From assembly GCA_011364985.1 (NCBI GenBank), contig RDOC01000004.1, positions 32,001 through 96,000 on the forward strand: a stretch of 64,000 nucleotides of DNA. The letters run 5' to 3'. The notes under the pieces are model-generated. The model was not told the origin of the DNA. It worked only from the letters and a program-made list of their open reading frames with translations, and searched no databases. Origin of the DNA: Candidatus Thorarchaeota archaeon (lineage in GTDB: Archaea; Asgardarchaeota; Thorarchaeia; Thorarchaeales; Thorarchaeaceae). The position numbers and the translations under genes are program-made. This document shows positions 28,395-38,433 of the stretch, one piece after another; the first letter of the stretch is position 1, and each line of letters opens with the position of its first letter.

Positions 28395-30608
28395 TTAGGT
28401 TCGCTTGTAGATGTATCTGCTCCATGAACTCAGCGAAGGCATCTCATCAGGCATTCCTTTCCTCTTTCTGATCTCAAGGATTTTTTCTTCCTGCATATTG
28501 CCCGGAAGAGGCTCAAAGCCTCTGAACTCGTAGCCAAAGAAGCTTCTTCCAGCAGTTGCACTTCTGAACTCATCTGCGATGCCGATTGTTTCAGCAGTTG
28601 GGAGTGTGCCTTTGATGGTTACTGAGTCCTCCTCTGATTCGATACTAAGAATCTGGCCTCTGTGTCCTGTCAGCACCTTGATGACTCCGCCCTGAGTTTC
28701 AGTCGGCGTCTTTATGTCAGCGTTCAAGATTGGCTCATAGAGACCAGACTTGGCTGTTAAGAAGCTCATATTGAGCCCAGAACTGGTCATCGTAGCAACC
28801 TCGTTGTAGCCTGTGTGGGCCGGATCAGTATGAACGGTAGCATCAGTGAGAACGACCTTCACACCCATGATTGGTTCTCGAGCCAATGGTCCTTGGTCGA
28901 TGAACTCTCGGAAGGTAGTCTGGAGATAAGAGAAGATTCTCTCGAATCGCTGGACTCCACTCATTGCGTCAACAAGCATCGATGACTCGTAAATATCGAG
29001 AATCTTTCTTGCTTCCTTTGCATCCCAGCCAGCTTCATCACGAAGGACTTGAGCTCTGTCGCGAGCATTCTGGTCGGCTGTGATTCTCTTTTTCTTGATT
29101 AGTTCAATGCTCTTCTCATCCAGAGGCTCAACGTAGAGTCGGAGTCTATTGTGACCGTTTGGTGATTTTGTGTGGAATTCATCGCCGCGGTCAGTAATCT
29201 TCTCACGATAGACGATGATGGGCTCGGACACCTTAATCGGGACCTGCTCATGAATGCGTTTCGTTAGAATCTCAATCTGAAGCGGATCAATTCCGTCCAA
29301 ACGATATTCACCCGATTCTCTGTCATGTGTGAACCTTGCCGTTGGATCAGCCATAATCCACTTCGACACTACCTCGCCAAGCTTGGCAATATCCTGAGGA
29401 TCGATTGGTTTGATGCTTCGACTTACAACAGGTTCACTCACATATTCTATTGCTTCAAAGCCAGGCATATCAGAGCCAGGTTCAATAAAGGACTCACCCG
29501 AAGGACAGATGAAACCAAAGACCGAGAACAGATTTCCTGCGGGCACCTCATCCATAGGCAGAATGTCTGTAATCTCTTGGACTCCAAGACGTTTCACAGT
29601 GACATTCTGCTTCATGCCAACGAGCTGAATGGTCTGCCCAGATTTCACGGTTCCGGAGAATACACGTCCGATTAGAGTTGGACGCTTGCTCTTCGGGTCC
29701 ACAAAGATCTTGGTTATCATTCCCAGCAGAGGCCCTTTTGGATCGCAGGCAAGAAGTGCCGTCCCTGCTGGAGTCTCAGGGTCGCCCTTCCAGATACGAG
29801 GAATTTTGTATCTTTGAGCTGTCTGTGGGTCGGGAAGATGATGAACAATCATTTCAAGAAGTGCGTCATCAAGTGGCAGATTATCTCTGAGCCACCTTTC
29901 GTCGCCTTCATTATATTTCTCAAATACAACAATTGGTTCGATATTCTTCTTTTCAAGAGTCTTCATTGTGAAAGCCCAACCAGTCTTGGCACTGCCGATG
30001 GCGATACTGCCATCTTTGAAATCGACCCTCCATTCCTTCGCATACTCAGGGGGTGCAACTTTCTTAATCAGGGCATTCACTTTGGCCATGATGACATCAA
30101 TACGTTCGTATACCTTCTTTGGCGGGAGTTTCAGTTCGTTGATAAGACGGTCCACTTTATTCACGAATAGAACAGGCTTGCATGCTTCACCGCCGACAGC
30201 CAGACGGATGTTTGTTTCAGTCTGTGTCATGACTCCTTCAAGTGCATCAACTAGGATTACTGCGCCATCGCTGGCACGAAGTGCCCTTGAAACCTCACCC
30301 GTGAAGGAAAGGTGTCCTGGAGTGTCAGAGAGCTGAACTAGATACTCCTGCCCGTCAATCTCGAAGTTGAGCATCACCACTGAAGTGAATATGGTAATGC
30401 CACGCTCTTGCTCTTCCTCATCACTATCTGTCATCAATGCCTGTCCTGCAGCTGCATCACTCATGAGGCCAGCACGACGCATTAGATAGTCGGTTGTCGT
30501 GGTCTTTCCGTGGTCAATATGAGCACTGATTGATATGATTCGCTTATGCCTGAAATCATCGCTCATTATCAAGCGCTTAATTTGCTCTGGCTCCTTTACT
30601 TTAACCAT
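28395..30608 (-). CDS. fusA: Elongation factor 2 family GTPase, probable paralog aEF-2p
   Basis: AHIDHGKTT, RGITI, DTPGH, NKVD; domain IV loop VHTDPAHTG rather than HRG; not in an rps12-rps7 context. Confidence 0.9.
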   Translation of the reverse strand: MVKVKEPEQIKRLIMSDDFRHKRIISISAHIDHGKTTTTDYLMRRAGLMSDAAAGQALMTDSDEEEQERGITIFTSVVMLNFEIDGQEYLVQLSDTPGHLSFTGEVSRALRASDGAVILVDALEGVMTQTETNIRLAVGGEACKPVLFVNKVDRLINELKLPPKKVYERIDVIMAKVNALIKKVAPPEYAKEWRVDFKDGSIAIGSAKTGWAFTMKTLEKKNIEPIVVFEKYNEGDERWLRDNLPLDDALLEMIVHHLPDPQTAQRYKIPRIWKGDPETPAGTALLACDPKGPLLGMITKIFVDPKSKRPTLIGRVFSGTVKSGQTIQLVGMKQNVTVKRLGVQEITDILPMDEVPAGNLFSVFGFICPSGESFIEPGSDMPGFEAIEYVSEPVVSRSIKPIDPQDIAKLGEVVSKWIMADPTARFTHDRESGEYRLDGIDPLQIEILTKRIHEQVPIKVSEPIIVYREKITDRGDEFHTKSPNGHNRLRLYVEPLDEKSIELIKKKRITADQNARDRAQVLRDEAGWDAKEARKILDIYESSMLVDAMSGVQRFERIFSYLQTTFREFIDQGPLAREPIMGVKVVLTDATVHTDPAHTGYNEVATMTSSGLNMSFLTAKSGLYEPILNADIKTPTETQGGVIKVLTGHRGQILSIESEEDSVTIKGTLPTAETIGIADEFRSATAGRSFFGYEFRGFEPLPGNMQEEKILEIRKRKGMPDEMPSLSSWSRYIYKRT

Positions 30609-30754
30609 TTGTCATCATCACCTAGCTCCGCTGTCTATCGGTCTATTATGACCTGAGGTTTTAATGTAATAGAAGGGCGGAGTCACCGAGAAAGTCATCG
30701 GTGGTCTGGGCCAGCACTTTTTCTGATTCTTAAAAGATTATCGTCATAGTCATA

Positions 30755-31534
30755 CTACCTAGTGGCAATAACAACCATCCTGTCAGAATTGGCTGCGTAT
30801 GGCATACGTGGAAGCTTATTCTGTCCATAGAACTCGGTCTTCAGAAACCCAACATCATGAAGCATCGATTGTATTTCATGTGAGGTGTACATTCGAATGT
30901 CATTATTTGCCATTGCATCCTCATTCATTTCCACAATGAGGGCTTCTTCAGTATCAATGAAAGTTGCTGGTCGACCGCGTAGCACTCCAGCTGTTGCATC
31001 GATTGAATGTGGCTCGTTCAGTAGATAGCCGCCTTCCATAGCGGTCCAGCTCTTGTAGAACCGTGGAAGGTTGTACGGATTCATGAGGTCAAGTAGGAGT
31101 CGGCCGCCCGATGAAAGGACCTTGTAGGACCCCTCAAGAACTTTCAGATTCTCTTCATGATCGAAGAAACCAAAACTATGACTCAGAATAACTGCAGCAT
31201 CGAAGGTGTGGTCTGATGTCATGGAGCGCATATCACCAGTATAGAAGTCAGCATCAACATGTGCATCACGGGCTCTCTCCTTTGCCACTTCAATGAGAGT
31301 TGAGGACAGGTCGAAGCCCGAAACCTTCAACTTGCGTTTAGCAAAGAGTACCCCCTGGTCACCGGCTCCGCATGCAATATCAAGAAGTCTATCACCCTTC
31401 TTAAGACCCAGTACCTCAATACAGAAGTCGACCACAAATTCGTCATATTGATGGATGCCCTGAATCGATTGACGGTGTTTCACTCGAAAGGTTTCTGCCC
31501 AAAAGTCGTCCCAGCCACGTTCAATTCGTTCCAT
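30755..31534 (-). CDS. Class I SAM-dependent methyltransferase
   Basis: LLDIACGAG, GDMR, SFGFF, LSSGGRLLLD; likely start ATG 31534. Confidence 0.9.
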   Translation of the reverse strand: MERIERGWDDFWAETFRVKHRQSIQGIHQYDEFVVDFCIEVLGLKKGDRLLDIACGAGDQGVLFAKRKLKVSGFDLSSTLIEVAKERARDAHVDADFYTGDMRSMTSDHTFDAAVILSHSFGFFDHEENLKVLEGSYKVLSSGGRLLLDLMNPYNLPRFYKSWTAMEGGYLLNEPHSIDATAGVLRGRPATFIDTEEALIVEMNEDAMANNDIRMYTSHEIQSMLHDVGFLKTEFYGQNKLPRMPYAANSDRMVVIATR

Positions 31535-31633
31535 ATGATGCACATCCAACTCACTTTGTAGAATACCAACGATATGAAGATTCTCATTGTGAGAAAGAAG
31601 GAAAGAATTTAGAAATAATGGAGAAGACCCGCA

Positions 31634-31724
31634 GCCTGTTAGTTCATCGCCGGGAGGGACGCAGTTGAAGCAACAGGAAACTCTGTGAGTACGCGGGCCT
31701 TGCGTCTCCAAACTATTAACAGGC
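31634..31724 (+). ncRNA. Candidate structured RNA (nested stem with internal pocket)
   Basis: gcctgttag/ttaacaggc and gggacgcag/ttgcgtctc stems; G-U pairs favour the + strand. Confidence 0.35.
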
Positions 31725-31845
31725 AATATCGCCTATAAATCTATAGATTGTCCGCAAAAACGGCAACCTTTCCAAAAAAGCGAATTATAGCCGAAAAACT
31801 GGAATATAAATAAATAGAAGCTATTTTCACATAAGAGAAATGAGT

Positions 31846-31949
31846 TGGTAGCCCCGCCAGGACTCGAACCTGGGTCCAGCGGGCCAGAACCGCTGATGAT
31901 GGACCAGTTTGCATAGATCCCAAGGGATCCTACTCTACACCACGGGGCT
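31846..31949 (-). tRNA. tRNA-Gln(CTG), encoded CCA, 26-nt intron at position 16/17 (31908-31933)
   Basis: AGCCCCG/CGGGGCT acceptor stem, AGCGG-TTCTGGC-CCGCT anticodon arm, CCAGG-TTCGAGT-CCTGG T arm; removing the intron gives D-loop AGACTGGTCCA. Confidence 0.92.
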
Positions 31950-32089
31950 TTTTTGAAGGCCTAAGAGGGTCAGCGACTCAGCACTCTGTTATCTTCTAAT
32001 TACCTTTTCGCTCAGGGAGTGGTTGCTTCTGAAAAACGGAACTACCAGCAAATAGAAATTGGGGAAATTTCTCTGCAAGACGAACATCA

Positions 32090-32833
32090 ATGCCTCTATG
32101 GTCCGAACTAACCCGAAGGGAATTCCAAAAGGCTTCAAGAAACACTCACGTTGTTCTGATGGTCACTGGGGCACTTGAACCCCATGGAATGCACATGGCA
32201 TTGGGAACAGACATCATCTTACCCACATACTTAGCAGAGAAGATAGCCAAGAGAACGGAAGCCATGGTATTACCAGCCATCCCATTTGGAGACAGCTGGA
32301 GCTTTGACCTCTATGAGGGAACAGTATCTGTATCACCAGAAACCCTTGTGAGTCTCTACGCAGATGTGATGACTTCGGTCTTTAGAAACGGGTTCAGATA
32401 CCTTGTTGCTTTGAACGGCCATGGCCCTAATGCAACCCTCCTTGAACAGGCAGCGAAAAAGGCCACGATGGCTGGAGAGCGAGTGGTCATAATAGTAAAC
32501 TGGTGGATTGATCTAGCAAAGGATGTGAGGAAGATTGTGCTTGAATCACCTGAAGGCCATGCCGCAGAAGACGAAACTTCAGAGCTCATGTTCATTAGGC
32601 CGGATCTAGTTGATATCTCAGCAGCTATGAAAAAGAGCGTCAAGACGAAATACCGAATTGTGTCGGCTGGGTACAGAGAGGAGCTTTATCCGGCCGCGAT
32701 TCTTGGAGATCCAACTCTAGCATCAGAAGAGAAAGGAAGGCTGATAATTGAACAGGCGGAGACCGAACTGGTTGAACTCATCTCCCAACTCGAACGCGGC
32801 GAAGTTCCTCTTGAGAAAGAGCCACGATCTTGA
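32090..32833 (+). CDS. Creatininase/creatinine amidohydrolase family protein
   Basis: EPHGMHMALGTD, NGHGPN, GHAAEDETS. Confidence 0.9.
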   Translation: MPLWSELTRREFQKASRNTHVVLMVTGALEPHGMHMALGTDIILPTYLAEKIAKRTEAMVLPAIPFGDSWSFDLYEGTVSVSPETLVSLYADVMTSVFRNGFRYLVALNGHGPNATLLEQAAKKATMAGERVVIIVNWWIDLAKDVRKIVLESPEGHAAEDETSELMFIRPDLVDISAAMKKSVKTKYRIVSAGYREELYPAAILGDPTLASEEKGRLIIEQAETELVELISQLERGEVPLEKEPRS

Positions 32834-32844
32834 GATTCTGAATA

Positions 32845-33708
32845 CTAGATTCCCATCTTGAAAATGAGTGAGTCACGGAGAACCCGCTGGAACATCCTCA
32901 AGAGATTCTTCCCTTCAGTTGCGATTGTTGGAAATACTGGATACCCTTGGACACCTAGCATGTCTACCATATAGTCAACTGGTAAGGCGTTTGGGAGGTC
33001 TCTCTTGTTTAGAGATACAATGATTGGCAATGTTGCCATCCTATCTGTTCCAAGCGCAATTCTCAATTCCTGGATTGAGGCAAGATTCTCGTTCATCTGC
33101 TCAGGGGTGGAATCAGCCATGAAGATTATTCCATCGACATTGCGAAGGACATTGATGCGTTGAGTTGCATGCCTTCGCTGTCCGGCCACTGTAAACACAT
33201 CAAACACAACATTTTCACTGGCAGACACCGGAATGAAATCGAAATATGTTGTACGTCCCAGTTCGTCGGAGATCTCAACGATCTTTCCCTTGGAGAGAGA
33301 CTTCACATTGGCAAACAGCCATCTCAAGGCAGTTGTCTTTCCAGACAGGGAGGGGCCATAGAATACGATCTTGATATGTATACGTCCCATCTCATCTCGT
33401 TTGAGATCCTCACCTGCAACAATCTCTTGTACTTTCTGAGGACCAATTTTCGCTCTACTAGCCAGCCTTTTCGTTCCCTCTTCATCAACTCGCAGCTCCG
33501 CTGATGAGGCCACAAGAGTCCCTTCAGGTTGCGGATGCAGTATCTCAGCTGATAGGGTCTCCTCAGTGCCAATAGGCGCATCACCCTCTGCTGCCCCCAC
33601 CTTAGCAGAGGATTCGACGTGTGTAGTATCGGGTTCTGGTATAGATTCTAATGCCGGGGATTCCTTCTTTTTGGTTCTTCTGAACCTTGACGTCAGCCTC
33701 CGTAGCAA
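32845..33708 (-). CDS. MglA-like small GTPase with N-terminal extension
   Basis: KIVFYGPSLSGKTT, RTTYFDF, TVAGQ, NKRD, IAT. Confidence 0.88.
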   Translation of the reverse strand: MLRRLTSRFRRTKKKESPALESIPEPDTTHVESSAKVGAAEGDAPIGTEETLSAEILHPQPEGTLVASSAELRVDEEGTKRLASRAKIGPQKVQEIVAGEDLKRDEMGRIHIKIVFYGPSLSGKTTALRWLFANVKSLSKGKIVEISDELGRTTYFDFIPVSASENVVFDVFTVAGQRRHATQRINVLRNVDGIIFMADSTPEQMNENLASIQELRIALGTDRMATLPIIVSLNKRDLPNALPVDYMVDMLGVQGYPVFPTIATEGKNLLRMFQRVLRDSLIFKMGI

Positions 33709-33814
33709 AGAGAACCTCTCTCCAAAGAGAAACGAATATGCAACCCGACTTAAATCTTAGGGGGATAGTATCCGCAGTGACCTTTATCAGCAATTGGGCA
33801 TGGAATGTAGCATC

Positions 33815-34939
33815 ATGCCATACCCGATTACTAAGGACTTCATTGAAAGCAACTTTCCGACACTCTCGACAATGACCTACCTAAACAACGCATCAACAGG
33901 AATCCCTCCAGTGTCTGCAATAAACGCAATGAAGCAGTACTTGGATGACAAAATACATGCAAAAGGCAGCTTTGAGGAAACCCTGCAGAACTTCAAAGCC
34001 GTCCGCGAGTCACTTGCAGAACTTCTTGGAGGACGGGAAGATCAGTATGCGTTCGTTTCCAGTACGTCTGCGGGAATCAACTCCTTTGCTCACAGCATCC
34101 AGTATCCTGAAGGATCCAACATTGTAATATGCGACTTGGAATTTCCTTCAAACTACATTCCTTGGCAAAATGCTAGTCGGCTTTACGGTGTTGAGTTACG
34201 TGTTGCCGATTCTCGAAATGGAGAAGCTCCTCTCGAAATCTTTGAAGAGCTTGTAGATGAGAACACCCGAGTGCTGTCGATCAGCCAAACGCAATTTGGC
34301 TCAGGATTTCGAGCAGACCTTAGGGGGTTGGCGAAGATTGTTCATGATGTCAATGGGTACCTAGTTGCCGATATAATACAGGCCGCAGGATGGGCTGATA
34401 CTGATCTCTCCAAGGAGAATGTAGACTTTGCCTCTGGCCAGGCGGCTAAGTGGCTTATCGGCCCAATTGGTGCGGGATACATCTACGTTGCAGACCAAAT
34501 TCTGGATAAGGTAACACCAAGATTCCTGTCGTGGTGGGGAGTCAAGGACATTATGAATTTCAGCTATGCCGATAGAGAACCCTTGCCGGATGCAAAGATG
34601 TTTCAGGTTGGGTCGCCAGCCATGATCTCGTATGTTGGGTTTATGGAGTCGCTCAAGCTGCTACTTGATATGCCGGCTGCAACAAGAGAGCGTATCACAC
34701 TCGAAAATGCAGAATATCTAAGGAAAAGACTTGCCGAAGAAGAAATCGGATTCTATGACTTTCCTGAGAAGAACAGATCACCAATCGTATCATGCAAACC
34801 AGACGATGTGGAAGAACTGCAAAAAAGGCTTCAGAATAGGAATATCCATTGTTCTGTTAGAAATGGAAGACTACGTATATCTCCACATTTTTATAATACG
34901 CATGAGGACATCGATGCACTTCTTGACTCTCTGAGGTGA
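33815..34939 (+). CDS. Class V PLP-dependent aminotransferase-fold enzyme
   Basis: YLNNASTG, DIIQAAG, AAKW PLP lysine, RISPHFYN; no SufS-type catalytic Cys loop. Confidence 0.88.
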   Translation: MPYPITKDFIESNFPTLSTMTYLNNASTGIPPVSAINAMKQYLDDKIHAKGSFEETLQNFKAVRESLAELLGGREDQYAFVSSTSAGINSFAHSIQYPEGSNIVICDLEFPSNYIPWQNASRLYGVELRVADSRNGEAPLEIFEELVDENTRVLSISQTQFGSGFRADLRGLAKIVHDVNGYLVADIIQAAGWADTDLSKENVDFASGQAAKWLIGPIGAGYIYVADQILDKVTPRFLSWWGVKDIMNFSYADREPLPDAKMFQVGSPAMISYVGFMESLKLLLDMPAATRERITLENAEYLRKRLAEEEIGFYDFPEKNRSPIVSCKPDDVEELQKRLQNRNIHCSVRNGRLRISPHFYNTHEDIDALLDSLR

Positions 34940-34943
34940 TTTC

Positions 34944-35624
34944 TTGTTCAGACATGTTGCAGGTTCAGTGTATTTCAGAGTCAGCAACTCAATGGACTCG
35001 AATATTGGTTTCATTGATGGAGAGGACTCAAAGATCCTGATTGATGCAGGGACTGGCATCTACCATGGAAATCTGGAGAAGGATCTGCAAAGCATTGGAT
35101 CCTCGGCCGAAGAGATCACAGACATCATATTCACGCATAGTCACATTGACCATATTGGAGGCGTACTCCCTTTTCTTGAACTGCAATCATCAAGACTATA
35201 CCTACATCGTTCCGAGGGAGAACTCATCAATTCCGGAAATATGATGCTGACACTGGGAAATACATTTGGGGTGGACCTCCCACCATTCAAGATCCATCAT
35301 CTTCTTGAAGAAGGAGATACTATCACGTTTGGTGATGTAAATCTCGAAGTATACAATACACCAGGTCACTCCATAGGAAGCATTTGCCTACATATTGAAG
35401 ACCTACGGCTCATCTTCACAGGCGATACCATGTTTCCAGGAGGCAGTTTTGGCAGGGTCGATTTTCCAACAGGAAGTCCGAAGGATCTTGTGACTTCACT
35501 CAAGAGAATCAGTGAGATGGACTTCGAGACTGCGTTACCAGGACATATGAATGCAATATACAGCAATGCAAAAAAGCACGCAATATCCTCTTACAAAACG
35601 GCTCAAAGCTGGTTTAAGACTTAG
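34944..35624 (+). CDS. Metallo-beta-lactamase fold hydrolase
   Basis: THSHIDH, TPGHS, FTGD, PGH. Confidence 0.9.
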   Translation: MFRHVAGSVYFRVSNSMDSNIGFIDGEDSKILIDAGTGIYHGNLEKDLQSIGSSAEEITDIIFTHSHIDHIGGVLPFLELQSSRLYLHRSEGELINSGNMMLTLGNTFGVDLPPFKIHHLLEEGDTITFGDVNLEVYNTPGHSIGSICLHIEDLRLIFTGDTMFPGGSFGRVDFPTGSPKDLVTSLKRISEMDFETALPGHMNAIYSNAKKHAISSYKTAQSWFKT

Positions 35625-36603
35625 TCATCGATTCGTGCAGCTCCTTAGCGGACAGGGGAGCTATCTCTGAACAAGATTCAGAGAGCTGCAGGAGCCTTGC
35701 CTCTAATCCTCTTACGAGTGCATAGACTGCTTCGCTAAATGGCGTTTCAATTCCCAATGCCTTTCCATTTCTGATTACTTCTCCAGTAATGGCCTCAATT
35801 TCAGTTCGCTTGCAGGCATTGATATCCTGAAGCATGGAATTCGTGTTCTCAGAGGTTGCCTTTGCTGTGCCCAGAGCGTAACGAATTGGATCAGGTGTGG
35901 TCAGTTCAATACCCATGGCGGCCGCCACTTCTGCAGCCTCCTCTACGAGACGAATCACTAGTTTTCTCAACAGGGGATCATTATAGATTTCTCCGTTCGT
36001 CAATCCTGTGAGCGCCCCAATCGGGTTTATTCCACAATTCACAATGGTCTTTGTCCAGACAACGCCTTCAATGTTATCAGACGCCCGAACATCGAAGCCT
36101 GCACGTTGAAGCAGACCAACAACCTTCTTGACTATCTCTTCGTTCTCTGGATAATGAGAGCCAATTTCAGTAACACCTGTTCCAGTGATAGTGACTTCAC
36201 CCGGGGATGTCATGATGGCACCCATACATGTTGTAGCCCTTAGCACCCTTCGTGATCTCAGTTGTTCAGCAACAATCTTCTCAGTGCCAATTCCATTCTG
36301 AATAACTAGGAGATACGCGCCTCCATCAATCAAGTGCCCAACACGCATAGCTGCTTCTATTGAATCGTGTGTCTTTGTAGTAAGCAGAACCAAGTCAGCC
36401 TGGTCCACATCCATAGGGTCAATAGCTGCCTTCAGTGGAAAGGTATGATTTCCAAGGACACCTTTCACCGTCAAGCCGCGCGTATTAATCATATTAACAT
36501 GCTCTGGTCGGCCAACCAGCAACATGACATCTTCACCAGCTTTACTTAGAAGAGCACCGTAAAGGCTTCCAATTGCGCCAGCACCCATAACAACGATCTT
36601 CAC
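35614..36603 (-). CDS. panE: 2-dehydropantoate 2-reductase
   Basis: GAGAIG, QNGIG, WTKTIVNCGIN, SMLQD, RTEIE. Confidence 0.93.
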   Translation of the reverse strand: MKIVVMGAGAIGSLYGALLSKAGEDVMLLVGRPEHVNMINTRGLTVKGVLGNHTFPLKAAIDPMDVDQADLVLLTTKTHDSIEAAMRVGHLIDGGAYLLVIQNGIGTEKIVAEQLRSRRVLRATTCMGAIMTSPGEVTITGTGVTEIGSHYPENEEIVKKVVGLLQRAGFDVRASDNIEGVVWTKTIVNCGINPIGALTGLTNGEIYNDPLLRKLVIRLVEEAAEVAAAMGIELTTPDPIRYALGTAKATSENTNSMLQDINACKRTEIEAITGEVIRNGKALGIETPFSEAVYALVRGLEARLLQLSESCSEIAPLSAKELHESMTKS

Positions 36604-37376
36604 TGCAGTTCCTCCCTAGCTTTCGTTTCCAGATGCTTCATCATTAGACGTATAGCTTTACTCAAGTTCTTCTTATTGTCAAAGCTGGAAGCGATGGACA
36701 GAAGCCGATCACTTTGCATACCCTTCATCTCATGAGCACACTTCACCATCAATGGTAGTGCTCTCACAATATTGTCAACAATAGTGATATCGGAATGCAC
36801 AGCAGTCCTTGAGATTGGGTTAAGGTCAATGGTAATCACCTTCTTTCCAATAGCTTTCAAGGCTTCAGTGCGGTCACCATCTTCTAGGGGAACAAGCACA
36901 ATGTCGGCTTTGGCAATTCCCTCCGAGTCCACCTTACGGCGATTGCTGCTCAATTCAGGGATTATTTCTGATGGCCGCTCCATGGTTCCGTATACTTCCT
37001 TTGCGCCTGCATCTGTTAGAACTGAGAGAATGGCAGCTTCTCGCTCCTTCCGATAATAGAATAAGTTAATTTCAAGAGGGGCACCTGTCAGCTCAGAAAG
37101 AGCGACCAATTCTTTGGGAACAAGTGCACAGGCGTTGCCATTGACACTAATCATAGGATGTTTGGCAGTAAGCATTGCAGCAACAGCTGCTCTGCATGCC
37201 GCCTTAGCCTGCGAATTGGTTTCTTCACCGATGAGATAATCAAAAGCTTCGCCGCGACCGTGAGCCAGAAGCCCTGCAATCGCTACAACTTGCTTTCGAT
37301 GGCCATCTATGATCTTCTCTCGGACATCTAGAGACACTTTTCTCGGATGATCCTCAGGCACGTGGAGTGAAGTCAT
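36600..37376 (-). CDS. Phosphopantothenate synthetase (archaeal PPS)
   Basis: AHGRGEAFDYLIGE, VPLEDGDRTEAL, IDLNPISRT. Confidence 0.95.
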   Translation of the reverse strand: MTSLHVPEDHPRKVSLDVREKIIDGHRKQVVAIAGLLAHGRGEAFDYLIGEETNSQAKAACRAAVAAMLTAKHPMISVNGNACALVPKELVALSELTGAPLEINLFYYRKEREAAILSVLTDAGAKEVYGTMERPSEIIPELSSNRRKVDSEGIAKADIVLVPLEDGDRTEALKAIGKKVITIDLNPISRTAVHSDITIVDNIVRALPLMVKCAHEMKGMQSDRLLSIASSFDNKKNLSKAIRLMMKHLETKAREELQ

Positions 37377-38306
37377 CTAGACCAACCGCCCCCCGTCTGA
37401 AGTGACCGAAGTTACTAGAATTTGATCCTGTGTCCAGAAGTGAGTCAAAATATCAACTACCGATCTGCTCTCCGATTCACTGCAGAACGAAAAGACTGAA
37501 TCACCAAGCATCACCATGCTGCATTCCTTGAAGCCAGAGGATTGAAGCTCAAGAAGCGCTGATTCCGTGCGCTCAGTCATTAGACCAGTTCTTCTGGAGA
37601 ATTCCCTAGCGGCAATAATGAAGTTGTCAAAATCGGGGCTAGCCAGTAGTCCTTCCAGAAGATCATCCCCTACACGGTTTATTCGCTCGCGTTTTTCCGG
37701 ATTAGTCAGGATTTCCTTCGTTTCCAGACCAGGGCTGCCAGCCAGCACAACCTGCTTCGAGTGATCGTAAGGGATTTTCACGACTTCGCCAATGCCAGGA
37801 GCACCAGGCTTTGTCCTCATCTCGAACCCTCCATGGCATTGTGCAATCACATCACCCAGACCAGTATGATTCACAACCTCAGCATAATGAGCATGCACGC
37901 CAGTTGTTTGGACACCAGTATCGTTGCCTATTAGTGATGAGAGAGCAAGGGCGGTTCCCAAAGCTCCTGCTCCAGAGGCACCGAATCCAATACCGATTGG
38001 AAGTTGGGATTCATGGGCAATCTCGATGTTGAATGTCGTATCATGATCTTCTAGCAATCTAAGGATCACCGCTGATGTTACTGGGGCATCAATCAGTTCA
38101 TTGTTGTACACTATGCGCATTTTCAGTGAACTACTTTCAGAGATTCTCACAGTTGTGAGCGTTCCAGCAGCAATAGAAAACCCAGCGCCAACGGAACCAC
38201 GGAAAAGAAGATTCTCAGCTTCATCATGGATTCTGAAAATCCCCGTTATGTGCCCCGGCACAAAAGCATAGGCTTCTTTCGATGTGGAATCGCCTTGTGA
38301 GGTCAA
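37377..38306 (-). CDS. Pantoate kinase (GHMP family)
   Basis: PGHITGIF, GFGASGAGAL, TGLGDV. Confidence 0.93.
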   Translation of the reverse strand: MTSQGDSTSKEAYAFVPGHITGIFRIHDEAENLLFRGSVGAGFSIAAGTLTTVRISESSSLKMRIVYNNELIDAPVTSAVILRLLEDHDTTFNIEIAHESQLPIGIGFGASGAGALGTALALSSLIGNDTGVQTTGVHAHYAEVVNHTGLGDVIAQCHGGFEMRTKPGAPGIGEVVKIPYDHSKQVVLAGSPGLETKEILTNPEKRERINRVGDDLLEGLLASPDFDNFIIAAREFSRRTGLMTERTESALLELQSSGFKECSMVMLGDSVFSFCSESESRSVVDILTHFWTQDQILVTSVTSDGGRLV

Positions 38307-38433
38307 CTTGTCCGATATTGGCTCTCTGCAGAAGCAGGTATAAAGTAATCTAATGCAACATATATTCTTCTTTATTCACTATATACGTGTATATACATTA
38401 TGTATCTGTGTTGAATACAAGAAGGCTGGAACC

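Noticed and set aside
33815-34939. Cysteine desulfurase or selenocysteine lyase
   Set aside because: The C-terminal catalytic Cys loop (RxGHHC or SGSAC) is absent
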